Shown here one piece after another: positions 12,601 through 24,772 of a DNA stretch of 64,000 nucleotides (its first letter is position 1; the number at the start of each line of letters is the position of its first letter). The DNA lies in contig NC_087246.1 of assembly GCF_037042905.1 (NCBI RefSeq), forward strand, positions 59,396,001 through 59,460,000, given 5' to 3'. The notes beneath the pieces are model-generated. The model was not told the origin of the DNA, ran no database searches, and was given only the letters and a program-made list of their open reading frames with translations. Source of the stretch: Lytechinus pictus. Its lineage: Eukaryota. The translations under genes were made by a program, and so were the position numbers.

Positions 12601-15600
12601 ACCTGAAATATTCTTTCTATATTGCTTATACATCTAGAAATAGAATATTTCTAGATAGAAAGAGCTATCTAACAGTCTATTATTATAATTATTTCTTTGG
12701 GGATACCATACCTGGTCAACAAGCTCTGCTAACTGCTGTCTTCCCTGCATAGCCCTTAGCCCATGTGTGTTGGGACTAGAGACGTTGATGACTAGGTAGT
12801 CCCCTAAGCAGCCTAGTTTCTTCACACCATTGACATAGTCCTGGACCGCACTTGGAGAGGTCTTGTTCTTCCCAAGGTTGACGCCAATTATGCCTCTTTG
12901 ATCTATCATAGCAGGCATAAATGGAATACAAGAATGTTGAACTAAGTACATTCTTGGAAGAAAGAAAGAGTCTATAATAAATACATTCTGAGTTTGAAAG
13001 CAAGTGGGTCCAGAGACAACACTAGAAAAAATACCACTTGTTTCAATTTTCCTTCCATGCATAAATCCAGGGACTTCAGGATGCATCTATTCAGATCACT
13101 TTCCTTGAGTGAAGGGTTTGCACAGAAAACGTATTTGAACTTGCTATAACATCACCTGAATAACTAGACCACGTGACTTTAGGCCTCTCAGGGTGATTGA
13201 TTGGAATATGTATTACTGCAATCTGTCCATAAAAGACTGCTTTAATAGCTCCCTTGGGTGGTCGTTACAGACAGGTTTGAATGTAACTAAAATGGTTGAA
13301 GGTACATGTAAAGTCCACTCAAAAGAGTTACAACATTTTCAGGGGGGGGTGTTGAAAAAAAGCAATGGGAGGGGGAAAAAGACTGATATAAAATTGACTT
13401 CTGCCTAAAATGTTAGCAAAAATTCTGAAGATTTCCTTCAAAGAAAATGTCAATTAGCTTCCATGATTTAGCATGACATTACAATTAGCTTACTTTCAGG
13501 TAGATGTGCTGCTTGCTCTTGCCTTTCCTTCAGTCTTTGATAAGCTAAGTCATGTCCAACACTATTAAAGCCATACCTACAGGGAGAAGGAATAAACATA
13601 CATCATCATGAAATAATGTGTGACATGGGTGGTATTCTGACAAAACATGCATGCATTTACAAGAGATTTGCTTAAGGCAGACTCCCGTGTATTTGATTGT
13701 TCATGTTTCTTTATTTTCTTCATCCATCACACTTTGGTGGCTGTAACAGAACACTAAGAAAAAACACCAAAGTTTGAGGCTTTGTGGAATGCTGGAAATT
13801 GATCATAAGTGCAATAAAAAGGAAAAGTAAAACTTTATGATAAATGAACATCGCTGACCTTATTCTAGACATTCATATAAATATGATGGTAACTTTTTAT
13901 TGCTTCAAGCCTGAACAGTTAACAATGCTTACAATCTGAGGAAAGTTTATAGAATATTTAGTCTGACAAAAAACTGTTCATAAATTTCCACTTGTATGTA
14001 TGCATAATTGCATTAGTCACATCATGCTCATGAAACACGCTTCACACATTTCAATCAATGAGTCTGCATGTTAAGGTGACCGCACCTTACGATTGGTCTG
14101 CGACCCGACTTCAGAATAAAATGTAGTAGAATTTGAAGCTAATATTGAGACTTTGAATATCTTACTGTGTAATGTTCTAAATCATCGTATAAATACCTAT
14201 GTTCAAATCTGTGACTTTATGCTATCATCCTTCTTATAATAAAAGCAAATTTAATATCTAGTCGTAATGACGTCATAGTAGTCGTACGATTGGCTACGAT
14301 TTGAAACTAATATGGCCTAATGGCCTTTACTCCAAAATAAAGGCTTGCAATCTTTCAAAATGGTTATATTAGTATTCTTTCAATTAATTTTAACGTCAAA
14401 TAAAAAGATATGTTCCATTCACATTTTCAGAAAATGAGCAAAATGCGATTTGTTCCAAAATCAGATCGGGAACAGTTGTAAGGTGTGCGGTGGCCTTAAA
14501 AATATTATCATGTGCGCATTTTCACTTAAATATTATATTTAGTACGACTTTATTCTTCTTAAGACATTCCCCAGTTTCTTCAATACCTATTGATAATTGC
14601 CTTGTCTTCGGTCAATCTGAACACTCTTGGTTTGGGATTTCCCTCTTGGGGTTCAGGGGTGACACTGCCGACCTCTACGAACCCAAAACCCATCTTGAGT
14701 AGACCATTCATGGCCTCTGCATGCTTGTCAAATCCAGCGGCCATACCAATGGGATTGGTGAATTCTAAACCCATGGCTTTGCAGTGCTGTAATGGAAAAA
14801 TATGGACAGTTGGAATCATCTAGGTTTGTATACACCCAGTGTAAAATTATCAAATTTTTACATCTTTACACATGCTTGCTATAATAGATAGAGTCTGTAT
14901 CTATTATATTTTTATGAAGAATGTTTTTATCAAATATATCTAGGGATAGTGGCGGACCGTGACCCGGAGGAGACAAAGCATTGGAGGGGCACAGCATTGT
15001 TCACAAACAATACAGTGCCCCTCCAATGCTTTGTCTCCTCCGGGTCACGGTCCGCCACTGTCTAGGGAAGTATATATGGTGGATAAATCACATGATTTGC
15101 ATGAATTTAGTGGGTCAAAAGTTTACGGTCCTAACATACTTTGCAATATTGATTGTACTTTGACAAATCTTCATTATGTTTGCTGCATTTAGCTGTCAAA
15201 TAGTTTTTTTTTCCATAACAGGGTGCAAGGATAAAGCTGTTTAAAAATAAATTTATACATAACTGGTGACAGTTTCTTGAGCAGAATCAGATTTCAATAA
15301 TTTGTATTCCATAATAGTTGAATTCCACTTATTTTTGGATCTAAATTATTGTTGTTATCATGCATTGAAGGCATAGTTTGTGTAAAAATACAGAAATTTT
15401 GTAATTTGGGGGCATATAATTTAAGACGGTTAACTAGTCGTACATAAAATAATACGAAACTGTCAAACTGGGTTTGTTTCATATTTCCGTTCGTAAAATA
15501 CATGTATGCATGACTTTATAGGAGAAAAGTGACCCTAACTTAGCACGGTCTAAAAACATGTTCCAGTCTTGTCCACTTTGGTTACTTGTGAGAGGGAATC

Positions 15601-18333
15601 TACTTCCTCCAGAAGGAGACTCACAAAAGTTACATTAACCCCCCCCCCCTTCCACTTCAGTTGCCTCCTGCTGAAGTGAACTTGGGGTCGGGGGGGGGGG
15701 GGGAATTATAATTTGATTTCTGCGAGTCTCCCTTTATGTTTAGCAAGGAAGATAGTAGATTGTCCCCTCACAAGGGCCAAACTGGAAAAGTTCTACTTGT
15801 GCGTAATGTCAGGCATATCTTTGAACTTTATTAGTTACCTTTATGAAACACCACACTGTTTCGAATGGGAAGCAATGATCAATGCTTACCAGAATTGAAG
15901 AATCCTTGTACTTGCTCCTTGGCACCAATCCCCAAGCTGCGGCTTTCACTGCCAAGACGTGGGCTCTTTCTGGGTCTACCCATCGGAACGCTGGCATCAC
16001 AAAGTCATGGTAGAACTTCTCATTGCCATTAGCGATGTTGATCCCGGTGAAACAAACAGCACCCCCTCCAAGGATAATAGCAGCACCCTTGAGCTTATCC
16101 TGTAAAATAGTAGAAGGAAAATAATGATGATGATGAAACATGATATTGAGGAACGGTGATTTTGGGTTTACCAGTTAATCAAAATTTTTTTTTTTTGTTA
16201 ATTACTTTTCATAAGAGAATCCATTGAATTTTCCTTTGCAGAGCAGAATTCAGGTCTCTGCTGTCATGGCTGTGTAGCCTACAATTCATATGACAAAATG
16301 CATTTTCCATTTTACATCAATTTTGAAACTTAATTAAATCAACAGATTTTCAGAAATGGAAAGGCTTGTTAGAAAAGGCAGTGTAAGTTACACACACATA
16401 AGTTTTGGGTAAATTTTTATGGGCAGCCGTAAGGGCCAAAATTTAATGACCGGATTAGTGGAGTGCATAGAAGCAAGCTAACCTGTTAAATAGCTGGCTA
16501 CTTGTCTATCAAAGAACAAAGCTACCAAGAAATTACACAAGTGATAGAGATTACCAATGTGCCATTAACCAAAATGCGCCGTAACAGGGCTGCAGATAAA
16601 GCATGTTAATCTCATCCAAACTTTTACAAGCCAGTTGCATTGCTCATGGCTTTAGGAAGACAGCATCAGGATATGCGACCATACACACATATACCAGGGG
16701 CATTACTTAGGGGGAGGGGGTGAATGCATTCCTATGCTTGTTAGAGTAACGAAGAAAAAAAAAAGAGGAGAAAATGATGAAAAAGAAAAAGAGAAGGGAA
16801 GAAAGAATAAAGACTAGGCCCTATCAAGAAGTCAGATATGGATCATGTTAGGCCTACTCTATAGGCCTATAACCCCTATTATTCAATTGAAACAAAATGG
16901 CTTCACCTTTTGCCATTGCCCCCCCCCCCTCCCCCATTAAAAAATCCTGATGCCACCCTTTTGCCAGGGTTTGGCTAAATCAATTTCTTCAAATACAATT
17001 ATGAAATTGAAGAAATGTTCAATTACAATAAGGCCTACTTTTCAATTACAATTACTTTTGTCAATTACTATTTCAATTACTTTCTAGGAAAGTCATAAAT
17101 GGAACCAGTTTTTATTCTGAACATAGTACCACCTATGACCTATTTCAACATTATTCTAAGTTATATAGAAACTGACAGAATGAAGGCTTAGGTTAAAGAG
17201 CACGGATTCTGCCTCTTACTCTCTTTGATGCTGAAGCAGTTGACATAAAAAATGTCATGAAATTAAATTCTAAAACTATAAATGCAAGTTTATTGTAACG
17301 TAATTAAATGTAATTCAAAGTAATTGACAGAAATTAAAGTCAATTAAATTTTATTCAATTACAATTACTTTCCCTTTCAAAACTTCAATTTCAATTACTC
17401 AAAAACATGTAGTTAATAATTATGTAGGCTAATTGATCAATTACCTTGTAATTGAGCCCAACCCTCCCCTGTCCATAGAAATATACTAAAAAGTTAAGTG
17501 CAACTTTTTTATATTAAACAAGCCAATACCGGGTGATGGAAAGACCTTTGAAATGGAAAATCAGTATTACTAGATAAACATGATCATTAACAAAAATATG
17601 ACATTATTGAAACTTTATATCTAGAGCACCATATAAAACAAAAATGAGAGAATTTAAGAGGATACTATCTATAACAATTAAGTAGAAGAAATTAACAGTA
17701 GCCATAATGATAATGATTGATGATTATAATGATGATTACGACAATGGTGGTGATGAAAATTGATGATGATGATGATAATGATGATAATAAAAATAACATT
17801 AACAATGATAATAATGATGATGATGATAATAATCATGATAATAAAATAATACTATAGATCTACTAGTACTACACAAAGACAATAATTAAAAAAAAAGACA
17901 GATAACTCTAAGCAATTTTCAACATCAATTTATCTCCCCGCCCCCCCCCCCCCCCCCCCTCTATCCGATCGCGAATTGTCCAACTTAACCGGGTAGATCT
18001 GCCAATTAGCTTAAATTAAGCCTTAACTTTGTCCGTATACGTAGTCATTTCATTTTCAAGTAGTCTAGTCTCATCTATTTATTGATCTAACGAGTAACTA
18101 CCTCGAGTGAAGTTCGTGCAGGTTCCACTCTACTCCACTTCACTACCGCTACACTACGCTCCACCTACCCGGGTAGGTGAAGCGCAGTGTAGCGGTAGGG
18201 AAGTGGAGTGGAGCCTGCACGAACTTCGCTCGAGGTAACGAGTACGCGAGTAACGTTTATACTTTATAGTACTAGTAGTACTCGGCCAGAAAAAAAATAA
18301 GAAGCATATTTTATACTTAACCTTGAGAGACAT
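6619..18333 (-). CDS. DHODH: Dihydroorotate dehydrogenase (quinone), mitochondrial, class 2; 9 coding exons, 393 aa
   Basis: Exons 18333-18322, 16099-15890, 14786-14587, 13576-13494, 12902-12712, 11465-11346, 8886-8733, 7926-7767 and 6670-6619. All GT-AG, phases consistent, 1182 nt. Motifs [44 protein letters not shown] (catalytic Ser), VKIAPD, TNTT, GGLSG, GVGG and LVQLYT. Confidence 0.97.
7767..7926 (-). CDS. DHODH: DHODH exon 8
   Basis: [29 protein letters not shown]; 160 nt. Confidence 0.96.
8733..8886 (-). CDS. DHODH: DHODH exon 7
   Basis: [16 protein letters not shown]...[10 protein letters not shown]; 154 nt. Confidence 0.95.
9893..10099. mobile_element. hAT-type MITE with CAGGGGC.GATCCAG termini and poly-G/C tracts
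   Basis: Termini CAGGGGCAGATCCAG / CTGGATCCACCAGTG; TSD TCCCCAGC / TACCCAGC. Confidence 0.75.
10880..11240. mobile_element. Degenerate MITE with inverted arrays of AGACCAAATGG-like motifs (related copy ~23570-23880)
   Basis: Left half has TTGGTCTA motifs; right half has TAGAC.AAATGG motifs every ~16 bp. Confidence 0.5.
11346..11465 (-). CDS. DHODH: DHODH exon 6
   Basis: [40 protein letters not shown]; 120 nt. Confidence 0.95.
12712..12902 (-). CDS. DHODH: DHODH exon 5
   Basis: [10 protein letters not shown]...[15 protein letters not shown]; 191 nt. Confidence 0.95.
13494..13576 (-). CDS. DHODH: DHODH exon 4
   Basis: [19 protein letters not shown]; 83 nt; not in the ORF track. Confidence 0.95.
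14075..14495. mobile_element. TTAA-flanked MITE (Kolobok- or Harbinger-like)
   Basis: TTAA-GGTGACCGCACCTTAC ... GTAAGGTGTGCGGTGGCC-TTAA. Confidence 0.75.
14587..14786 (-). CDS. DHODH: DHODH exon 3
   Basis: [21 protein letters not shown]...INR; 200 nt; AG|GTATTG donor. Confidence 0.96.
14947..15060. mobile_element. 114-bp palindromic hAT-type MITE in DHODH intron 2
   Basis: 45-bp perfect inverted arms; exact 8-bp TSD TCTAGGGA at 14939-14946 and 15061-15068. Confidence 0.92.
15890..16099 (-). CDS. DHODH: DHODH exon 2 (TM anchor and quinone-site helices, DPERAH)
   Basis: TTTTACAG|GAT ... CTG|GTAAGC; 210 nt. Confidence 0.95.
16965..17466. mobile_element. hAT-like MITE with AATTAC subterminal repeats
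   Basis: CAGGGTTTGGCT ... GAGCCCAACCCT termini; many CAATTAC/GTAATT motifs. Confidence 0.65.
17703..17851. repeat. Imperfect (GAT/AAT)n trinucleotide microsatellite
   Basis: Direct reading of GATGATGAT/AATAATGAT runs. Confidence 0.85.
18099..18237. mobile_element. 139-bp loopless palindromic (fold-back) element in DHODH intron 1
   Basis: TACCTCGAG..CACCTACCC|GGGTAGGTG..CTCGAGGTA; ACGAGTA is duplicated on both flanks. Confidence 0.8.
18322..18333 (-). CDS. DHODH: DHODH exon 1 coding part (MSLK)
   Basis: ATG TCT CTC AAG|GTTAAG; phase 0 matches exon 2; adjacent to a CpG-containing promoter-like region. Confidence 0.7.
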
Positions 18334-19180
18334 TGAGTTCGTTCTTTGATCCTTTGAATATAATGAAAAGCACTTTACTGTAGCCTGTAGGCAGTTATGT
18401 TTTTCCGGTATAAATAATGTAGCACAAACTTGACAAAGAGTTAAGTCACTTCAATTTTGGCTTGCACGGTTTACGTTGCTTACGAAATTTCGCGCGGGAT
18501 AGCTACTTTTCAGCTGTAGATGATTAATATACCAAATAATTTTCGTCTTTCATGGAGATTTGAAAGGATGGAAATATCAACAGTTATAATTATAAATTCA
18601 ATAACAAGGAACGTATATTTTTCTTAACTTCTATATCTAATTAAGAGTTTAAGGGCATAATTTATGACTTAAGAAAATATATATTTTTCTTTTTTATCCT
18701 GATTTACAGATAATACGAACTCAGGTCACCTGATCAAAGTGCCTGGATCATGTGACAACCCAACAGTGTTATTTCCGTGTTACATGTACGCCGCGTCCTT
18801 GCAACTGATAGTCTATTTTCATTTTCACCTTTTGTTTGTAGTCGATCGCAAGCATATATGAATATTGAATAAACTTATCAATCATCTCCAAACCACTTAG
18901 ACTTTGTTTTTTTATCAAGAACTGCCGGGTTGACTGTTGCTGATGTGGCGATAAAACTTCTTGGGAGAAATCGAGGTCGAACAGCAAGCTAACTAAATTA
19001 AATAAGTGAGGTCGGATTGCAATTGCATTGGCATTGCCTTCATTAGATTAGGTCATGTCCGAATTTGCATGAGATGTGATTTGTGAGACCAGCTCAGCTG
19101 AATTTGAAGGAGGCATCAATAACATCAATAACTTTGTAACAACTGTTGAGCTGAGAAAGTTGAAAATACCAGTAGAGAAA
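18334..19180. promoter_or_regulatory. Divergent (bidirectional) promoter/5' UTR interval shared by DHODH and ACP5
   Basis: About 850 bp between divergent ATGs; E2F consensus TTTCGCGC at 18488-18495, ETS-like TTCCGG at ~18403, M-box/CLEAR-like TCATGTGAC at 18748-18756. Confidence 0.65.
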
Positions 19181-20200
19181 ATGGATTCTCAGTTTTCTCA
19201 CACATTGATAGCATCGTTTACATCATGCATTTTGTTTGTTTTAGTATCTCTACAAGGTTCTAACACAGCATACTTGGGTCAAAAGAATTCATTAAATTTC
19301 CTGGTACTCGCTGACTGGGGAGGGCAGCCAAATTTTCCATTCTATACGACCTGCGAAGAGTATGTTGCCAAACAGATGGGAGACCTCGCATCAAATTATG
19401 CAACCCAGTTTGTCCTTGCTCTTGGAGACAACTTCTACTATGATGGAGTTCAGAACGTTACCGATCCTCGATTCAATGAAACATTTGAAAATGTCTTCAC
19501 AGCAGATTCCCTTCAGGTTCCATGGTACGTAGTTGCGGGGAACCATGACTGGCATGGCAATGTTACGGCTCAGATACTTTACTCCAATATGTCCAAGAGA
19601 TGGAACTTTCCGTCATTATATTACCTGGTGCGCTATCAGATCCCTTCGACTCAAGAAATGGTTTCTTTCATCATGATTGACACTGTCACGCTGTCTGGCA
19701 CCACAGATGACTTCAACGTCCTGCAGCAACCAACAAAGCCCAAAGACCTTTTCCTTGTCGAAAAGCAGTTTTCCTGGATTGAGGATCAGTTGAAGGCAAC
19801 TATGAACGACACCTATGTCATTGTTGCAGGGCATTACCCTGTGTGGTCAATTGCAGAGCATGGACCAACAGAGTTGCTTGTTGACCGTCTGCGCCCATTG
19901 CTGATCAAGTACAATGTGAACGCCTACTTCAGCGGTCATGACCACAACCTGCAACATATCAGGGAAGACAACTCGTCTGTAGAATACTTCGTGATTGGAT
20001 CAGCACACGAGGTTGATCCTTCCGTGGCTCACAAGAAGGATGTGCCAGCAAACTGGGTGAAGTTCCATTATGCTGATGAGTCTAGCCTTGGAGGGTTTGC
20101 GTACATGGAAGCAACAACATCTGGAATGGACTTCACATTTGCTGACGGAAGAGCTGGTAAAAGCCTTTACCATGCAACCATCAAACCTCGAAAGATGTGA
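19181..20200 (+). CDS. ACP5: Tartrate-resistant (purple) acid phosphatase type 5-like, single coding exon, 339 aa
   Basis: All five PAP metal-ligand motifs (DWG, GDNFY, GNHD, VAGH, GHDH); N-terminal hydrophobic signal; VAGHYPVWSIAEHGPT identical to mammalian TRAP; first ATG in AAAATGG context at 19181; AATAAA at ~20331. Confidence 0.95.
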   Translation: MDSQFSHTLIASFTSCILFVLVSLQGSNTAYLGQKNSLNFLVLADWGGQPNFPFYTTCEEYVAKQMGDLASNYATQFVLALGDNFYYDGVQNVTDPRFNETFENVFTADSLQVPWYVVAGNHDWHGNVTAQILYSNMSKRWNFPSLYYLVRYQIPSTQEMVSFIMIDTVTLSGTTDDFNVLQQPTKPKDLFLVEKQFSWIEDQLKATMNDTYVIVAGHYPVWSIAEHGPTELLVDRLRPLLIKYNVNAYFSGHDHNLQHIREDNSSVEYFVIGSAHEVDPSVAHKKDVPANWVKFHYADESSLGGFAYMEATTSGMDFTFADGRAGKSLYHATIKPRKM

Positions 20201-21698
20201 AATGTTTTCCTATGAGGATTGTATCTTTCATTGTCATGCTTTCAAATTGAGGGTCAGGTTTTATTTTGATAGTGTTTTCCTTGTGTCATCTACTGATTTT
20301 TGAAAAAAAAAAGTGCAAAGTCACTGAGTAAATAAACAATAATTGTTTAAATAAATTTTGATTGGAAGATATGTTTTGTTGAATATGGTCCATTTTATAG
20401 CCTTACATGTATGCATATCGATTACAAATGTATTATGAGATGTTTATTCTATTTCTTTGCTTCTTGAGTGTTTATGTACATCCATGTACTGACTTTCAGA
20501 AAAGAGATGTAACAATTGTGTGTTTTCATGTTTTTATTTTCAATAACATTTAAAAGGATACTATGTTGCCAAAACCTTCAGTTCCCGTCCATCACATAGT
20601 CTAGTGCTGGCAGCCTGATGTGGAAAACTTGATGTGTTCTAAATATCTAAGATGAAGTGATGTTCATTTACCTGACAGTTTTACCCTTTACCATCCCCTC
20701 CCAGTGATTTGTCTTTGGACTCTAGGAATCTCCAAAATAATGGAGGGATCAGCTGGGGAGGGGGGGGGGGAGATATAATGAAGAGAATGTGCACATACAT
20801 GTATGTATGTTGACCAGGTCTTGGTTTATCCGGGCAAGGCTGGTCAAATTGTCAGACTACATACTCTACATTATTTCAACTACATGTGATGATTGGATCT
20901 AGATTATAGATTTTTAATTTCATTAAAAAAATTGAAGTTGTTCTATGCCAGCCTACTTGTACTAGTTAACAATATACCTGTATATGTAAAAAAAAAACAA
21001 TCAAACTGTTTACCAATGATAGTGCAGTAACATTGTACTTAGTTGTTTTGTACAACATTAACTAAGTAAAAATGTTAACTTTTTTATAAGGAAATGGTTT
21101 TCATAAATACATTCCATTCATTGCTTATTCATGATGAGATTAATGTGTTCATATCATGTTATGAATGACATTCATAAGATCATAGGCAAGGTTATGTGTT
21201 CATTTATCTCTCATTTTTACTTAAATTATGTTCAATAAAATTATACTCCTATCTTTGTCAGTTCTAGTGAACTTATGCAAATCTGATATACAAGTTAGGA
21301 TCTTTCCAGTTTTATAATTTTTTTATATAAAATGGATTTGATTTCATGTGAATAATCATGCACATCTACGGTACATAAATTTACAGAGAGTAACACAAAT
21401 GATCATAATATTATTGTTGATACTACAGGATCTCATAACATAATCATAATTTGGATTAATGAAATATAAATTGCAAATGTAAATCTTAGATCATCCTGTA
21501 CTTGCACGTTAAGATACTTTAACTTCAAGTATGAGAGAGTTAAAACAAGTTTAAATGCTTTGTGGTTGCTAATGCTATTAAACCAAATTTTCAAAGGAAT
21601 TTTATTTCTAGAAAGTTTATAGTTTGCCATGTAATTGATGTGACGCCTCAACCATAAAAATAGCAAGGAATAACAAATTTGTTTGTTTGTTTCATTAA

Positions 21699-22302
21699 AG
21701 GTCAAGTCCATCCCAAAAAAATGTTGATTTGAATAAATAGAGAAAATCAAACAAGCATAATGCTGAAATTTTCATCAAATTCGGACGTAAAATAAGAAAG
21801 TTACATGGCATTTTTATGTTTCGCTTATTTTGCACAAAACAGTGGTATGTACAACTCAGTGACATGCAAATGAGAGAGACGATGATGTCCCTCACTATTT
21901 CTTTTTTATTGTTTGAATTATACAATATCTCATTTTTTTTTACAGATTTGACGATAATGACCAACTTGACTGAATCATATAGTATTAAACAATGCTACAT
22001 CCACATGTTCAGGGAGGAATTTAATTCAATTGTTGTTTCACTGGACAATGAGGAGAAAATTAGAATATTTCATATTTCATATAATAAAATACAAAAGAAA
22101 TAGTGAGTGGATGACATCATCAGTCTCCTCATTTGCATGCCGACCAGGATGTGCATATAACTGTTTTGTGAAATTAAGCGGAAACTTTCAAATATCATAA
22201 CTTCTTATTTTGCATCCAATTTTGATGAAATTTTCAGTGTTATGCTTTTTAGATTTTTCTCTTTTTATTCAAATCAAGTGTATGTTGGGGTGGACTTATC
22301 CT
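21699..22302. mobile_element. Kolobok/T2-type MITE (family A), long TIRs
   Basis: TTAA-AGGTCAAGTCCA ... TGGACTTATCCT-TTAA with ~200-bp inverted arms; other copies at 28554-28987 and 47290-47878. Confidence 0.88.
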
Positions 22303-24557
22303 TTAAAGTTGGAGGTTGTACATGCAGGCTTTTAAAAAGGTGTCATTCTTATTTAATTTTAAAATGTTAATTTCCAGTGTTATTTCTCTCAGACACAATA
22401 ACTAATTGGTTTTTTTTATTGTGTAACCATGTTGTTCTATTGTTTCTTAAACAATTCTAGTGACAATGGTTGACTTTGACATGATTTCCGATTACATTCA
22501 ATATAACCTTTACCTGACTTCATTTAAGTTTAGCTTTTCACTTTTTAAGAAATTGGAAGATCACCCTCTTAAGTTACTTTTCTGATATCATCAAAATAAA
22601 GAAGCATCTTAGTTCCGTTTAAAGATTGATTTATGTCAAAACATTGTATTTGTCTAAATAATGTTCTGTTTGTATTCTAAACAAAATTTGAATTTGCTTA
22701 ATTATATCTTGCTATTTCATATTTTTTTTGTATAATGTAAGTCAACTGTTATTTCACTGCAGAAGGATTTTCTTATTTTCCTACATTCGCTGAAAGAATT
22801 ACCCACGTAACTAAATTTGTTTATCAGAGCTATCTACATGTACAAATTACTGAAATTTGAAGCTTCTTTCATTTAGTTTGTATTTTTTGGTTTCACTTTC
22901 TGAAATATTATTTACTTTATTTTAAACATTCATTTTCCTAGTATGCAATATGAACGTCTAAAACCATGCATACTCCCAAGTTTGAACATGATAATAAAAA
23001 AAAATATTTTTGTTTATATGACACCTAAAAATAGATTTAAGTACCACTTAGAGACATGTTTTGTGATAACCACTATACAAATAATGTTAATTATTTGTGA
23101 TAATGTTAATTTATGATAAAGTTCATTGTTATAGTGTTCATTGTGATAATGATAATTGTGATAACCACTATACAAATAATATTAATTATCATCCTTGTCA
23201 TTTGAAATTTATGAATATGCTCAAATAGCTTTGTTATTATTGATAAGATTCCTGTTAAAAACTCTATGCAGTCTATGTGTTATATATTCTATGCAAAAAG
23301 AATAATATTTTGAAATTATTATATGTATGATCCTTGCAAATTATGACATTTTCATGATTGCAGACAAACTGAGTACTTTCTTTGTACTATGTTAAGAGTC
23401 TTATGATTCCTATAATAAAATCATATCATCACCATAGTACGTAATGATCATACATTTTGTCTTTATCGGGTCTTTATTTCCGAAGCCAGGTGTCAGTGGG
23501 GGGGGGGGGGGCGGGGGAAGGGAGAGCAGGGGTTATTTATTTATTTACGTTCACTTGGTTTACAAGCAGTCGGTTTAATCTCAGATAGCCTATTATCACT
23601 TAGGCTAAACCCCTTTAATTTACATGTAGTCTAATGTTCAGTTGGTCTAATTTCCACTTCATCTTCCTATTATTTTTACTTTGTCAAATTAAAATTTGGT
23701 TCATAAACAGTTCACTGGTAAATGGTGTCATACCAGGTGTATATTAGACAAAAGGGTATAGTTTCACTGAAAATTAGACAAGCATGCTACGTAGTAATTA
23801 GACCAAATGGTTAGTAGATGAAATAGAATTAGGCCATTTGGGACGAGAACAATTGGAAAGTAGATGAAGCAAGTGTTGACAAATTCTGTAGTTTACATAT
23901 AAATGAAAGCAGTTTGGTTTTTAAATTAATACAGGAAGGATGTAATGATGGTAACAAAAACAGAAAGTAGTAGCCTGATGTAATGACTTGAGTTATAAAT
24001 GCTGAGGATATTACAAGAAGCTTACCTTTGATAGATTGCATTATCTGTTGTACATTGGCAATTGATAGATCCATTCAGATTCAATCAATTCAGATTCAAT
24101 CAATTTGTTGCAATAAATTGCAAGTATAGCAGTCAAATTCAAATCGCAACTGAAAGACATGAAGAGGTGACAAATGACTTACAACTAATTGCAAGTTTCT
24201 TGCATATATTTCAGAGATAATATGCAATGTTAGATTGTTGAGTAGATATAGAAATATCAAGAAGACAGTAAAGAGCGAATTTGAATAAGTATAAGCCTAC
24301 AAATAGTCATGTATAATCTTATTTCACTGATTAGTATCTAACTTCACATAAAATATATGCTACCGTAGAGCTTATTTCCGAAGGGTACTACAGTTATATT
24401 TCTATATTTAGCTCTATCAACGATAATAATAACTCTTGTTTACCCAATATAACCACTTCAGCTACACCAGCTACATCTTTAACTTAACTTTTCTAAATCA
24501 GAACCCCTCCCCACACAAGAATTCCTTGCTATACGGCCCTGAAAACTGACATTTGAA

Positions 24558-24772
24558 CAAGGGCGTAGGCTAGGCATGCTGGGGTGGGGTGCACCCTCCC
24601 GCTGAGGCAGAGGGGTTCCGACACTGGCAATCAAAACGAAATTTGTGCCCCTTCTGCTTTCAACAGATTCTCCATAATTGCAGTTCCACCTCCCCAGGCC
24701 AAGATGTGCACCCCCCCCCCATACCACATTTGTTCCACCTCCCCAGGATGTTCAAACCAGCCAACGCCATTG
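24558..24772. mobile_element. hAT-like MITE, apparent 5-bp TSD
   Basis: CAAGGGCGTAGGCT / AGCCAACGCCATTG termini; TTGAA on both flanks. Confidence 0.6.

Noticed and set aside
17936-17959. Long poly-C/G runs (many in the window) as functional G-quadruplexes
   Set aside because: Most are internal parts of MITE ends, and homopolymer lengths are assembly-sensitive; no independent support.
19076-19180. 35-aa N-terminal extension of the ACP5 ORF
   Set aside because: It starts at GTG; the first ATG at 19181 has good context and directly precedes the signal peptide.
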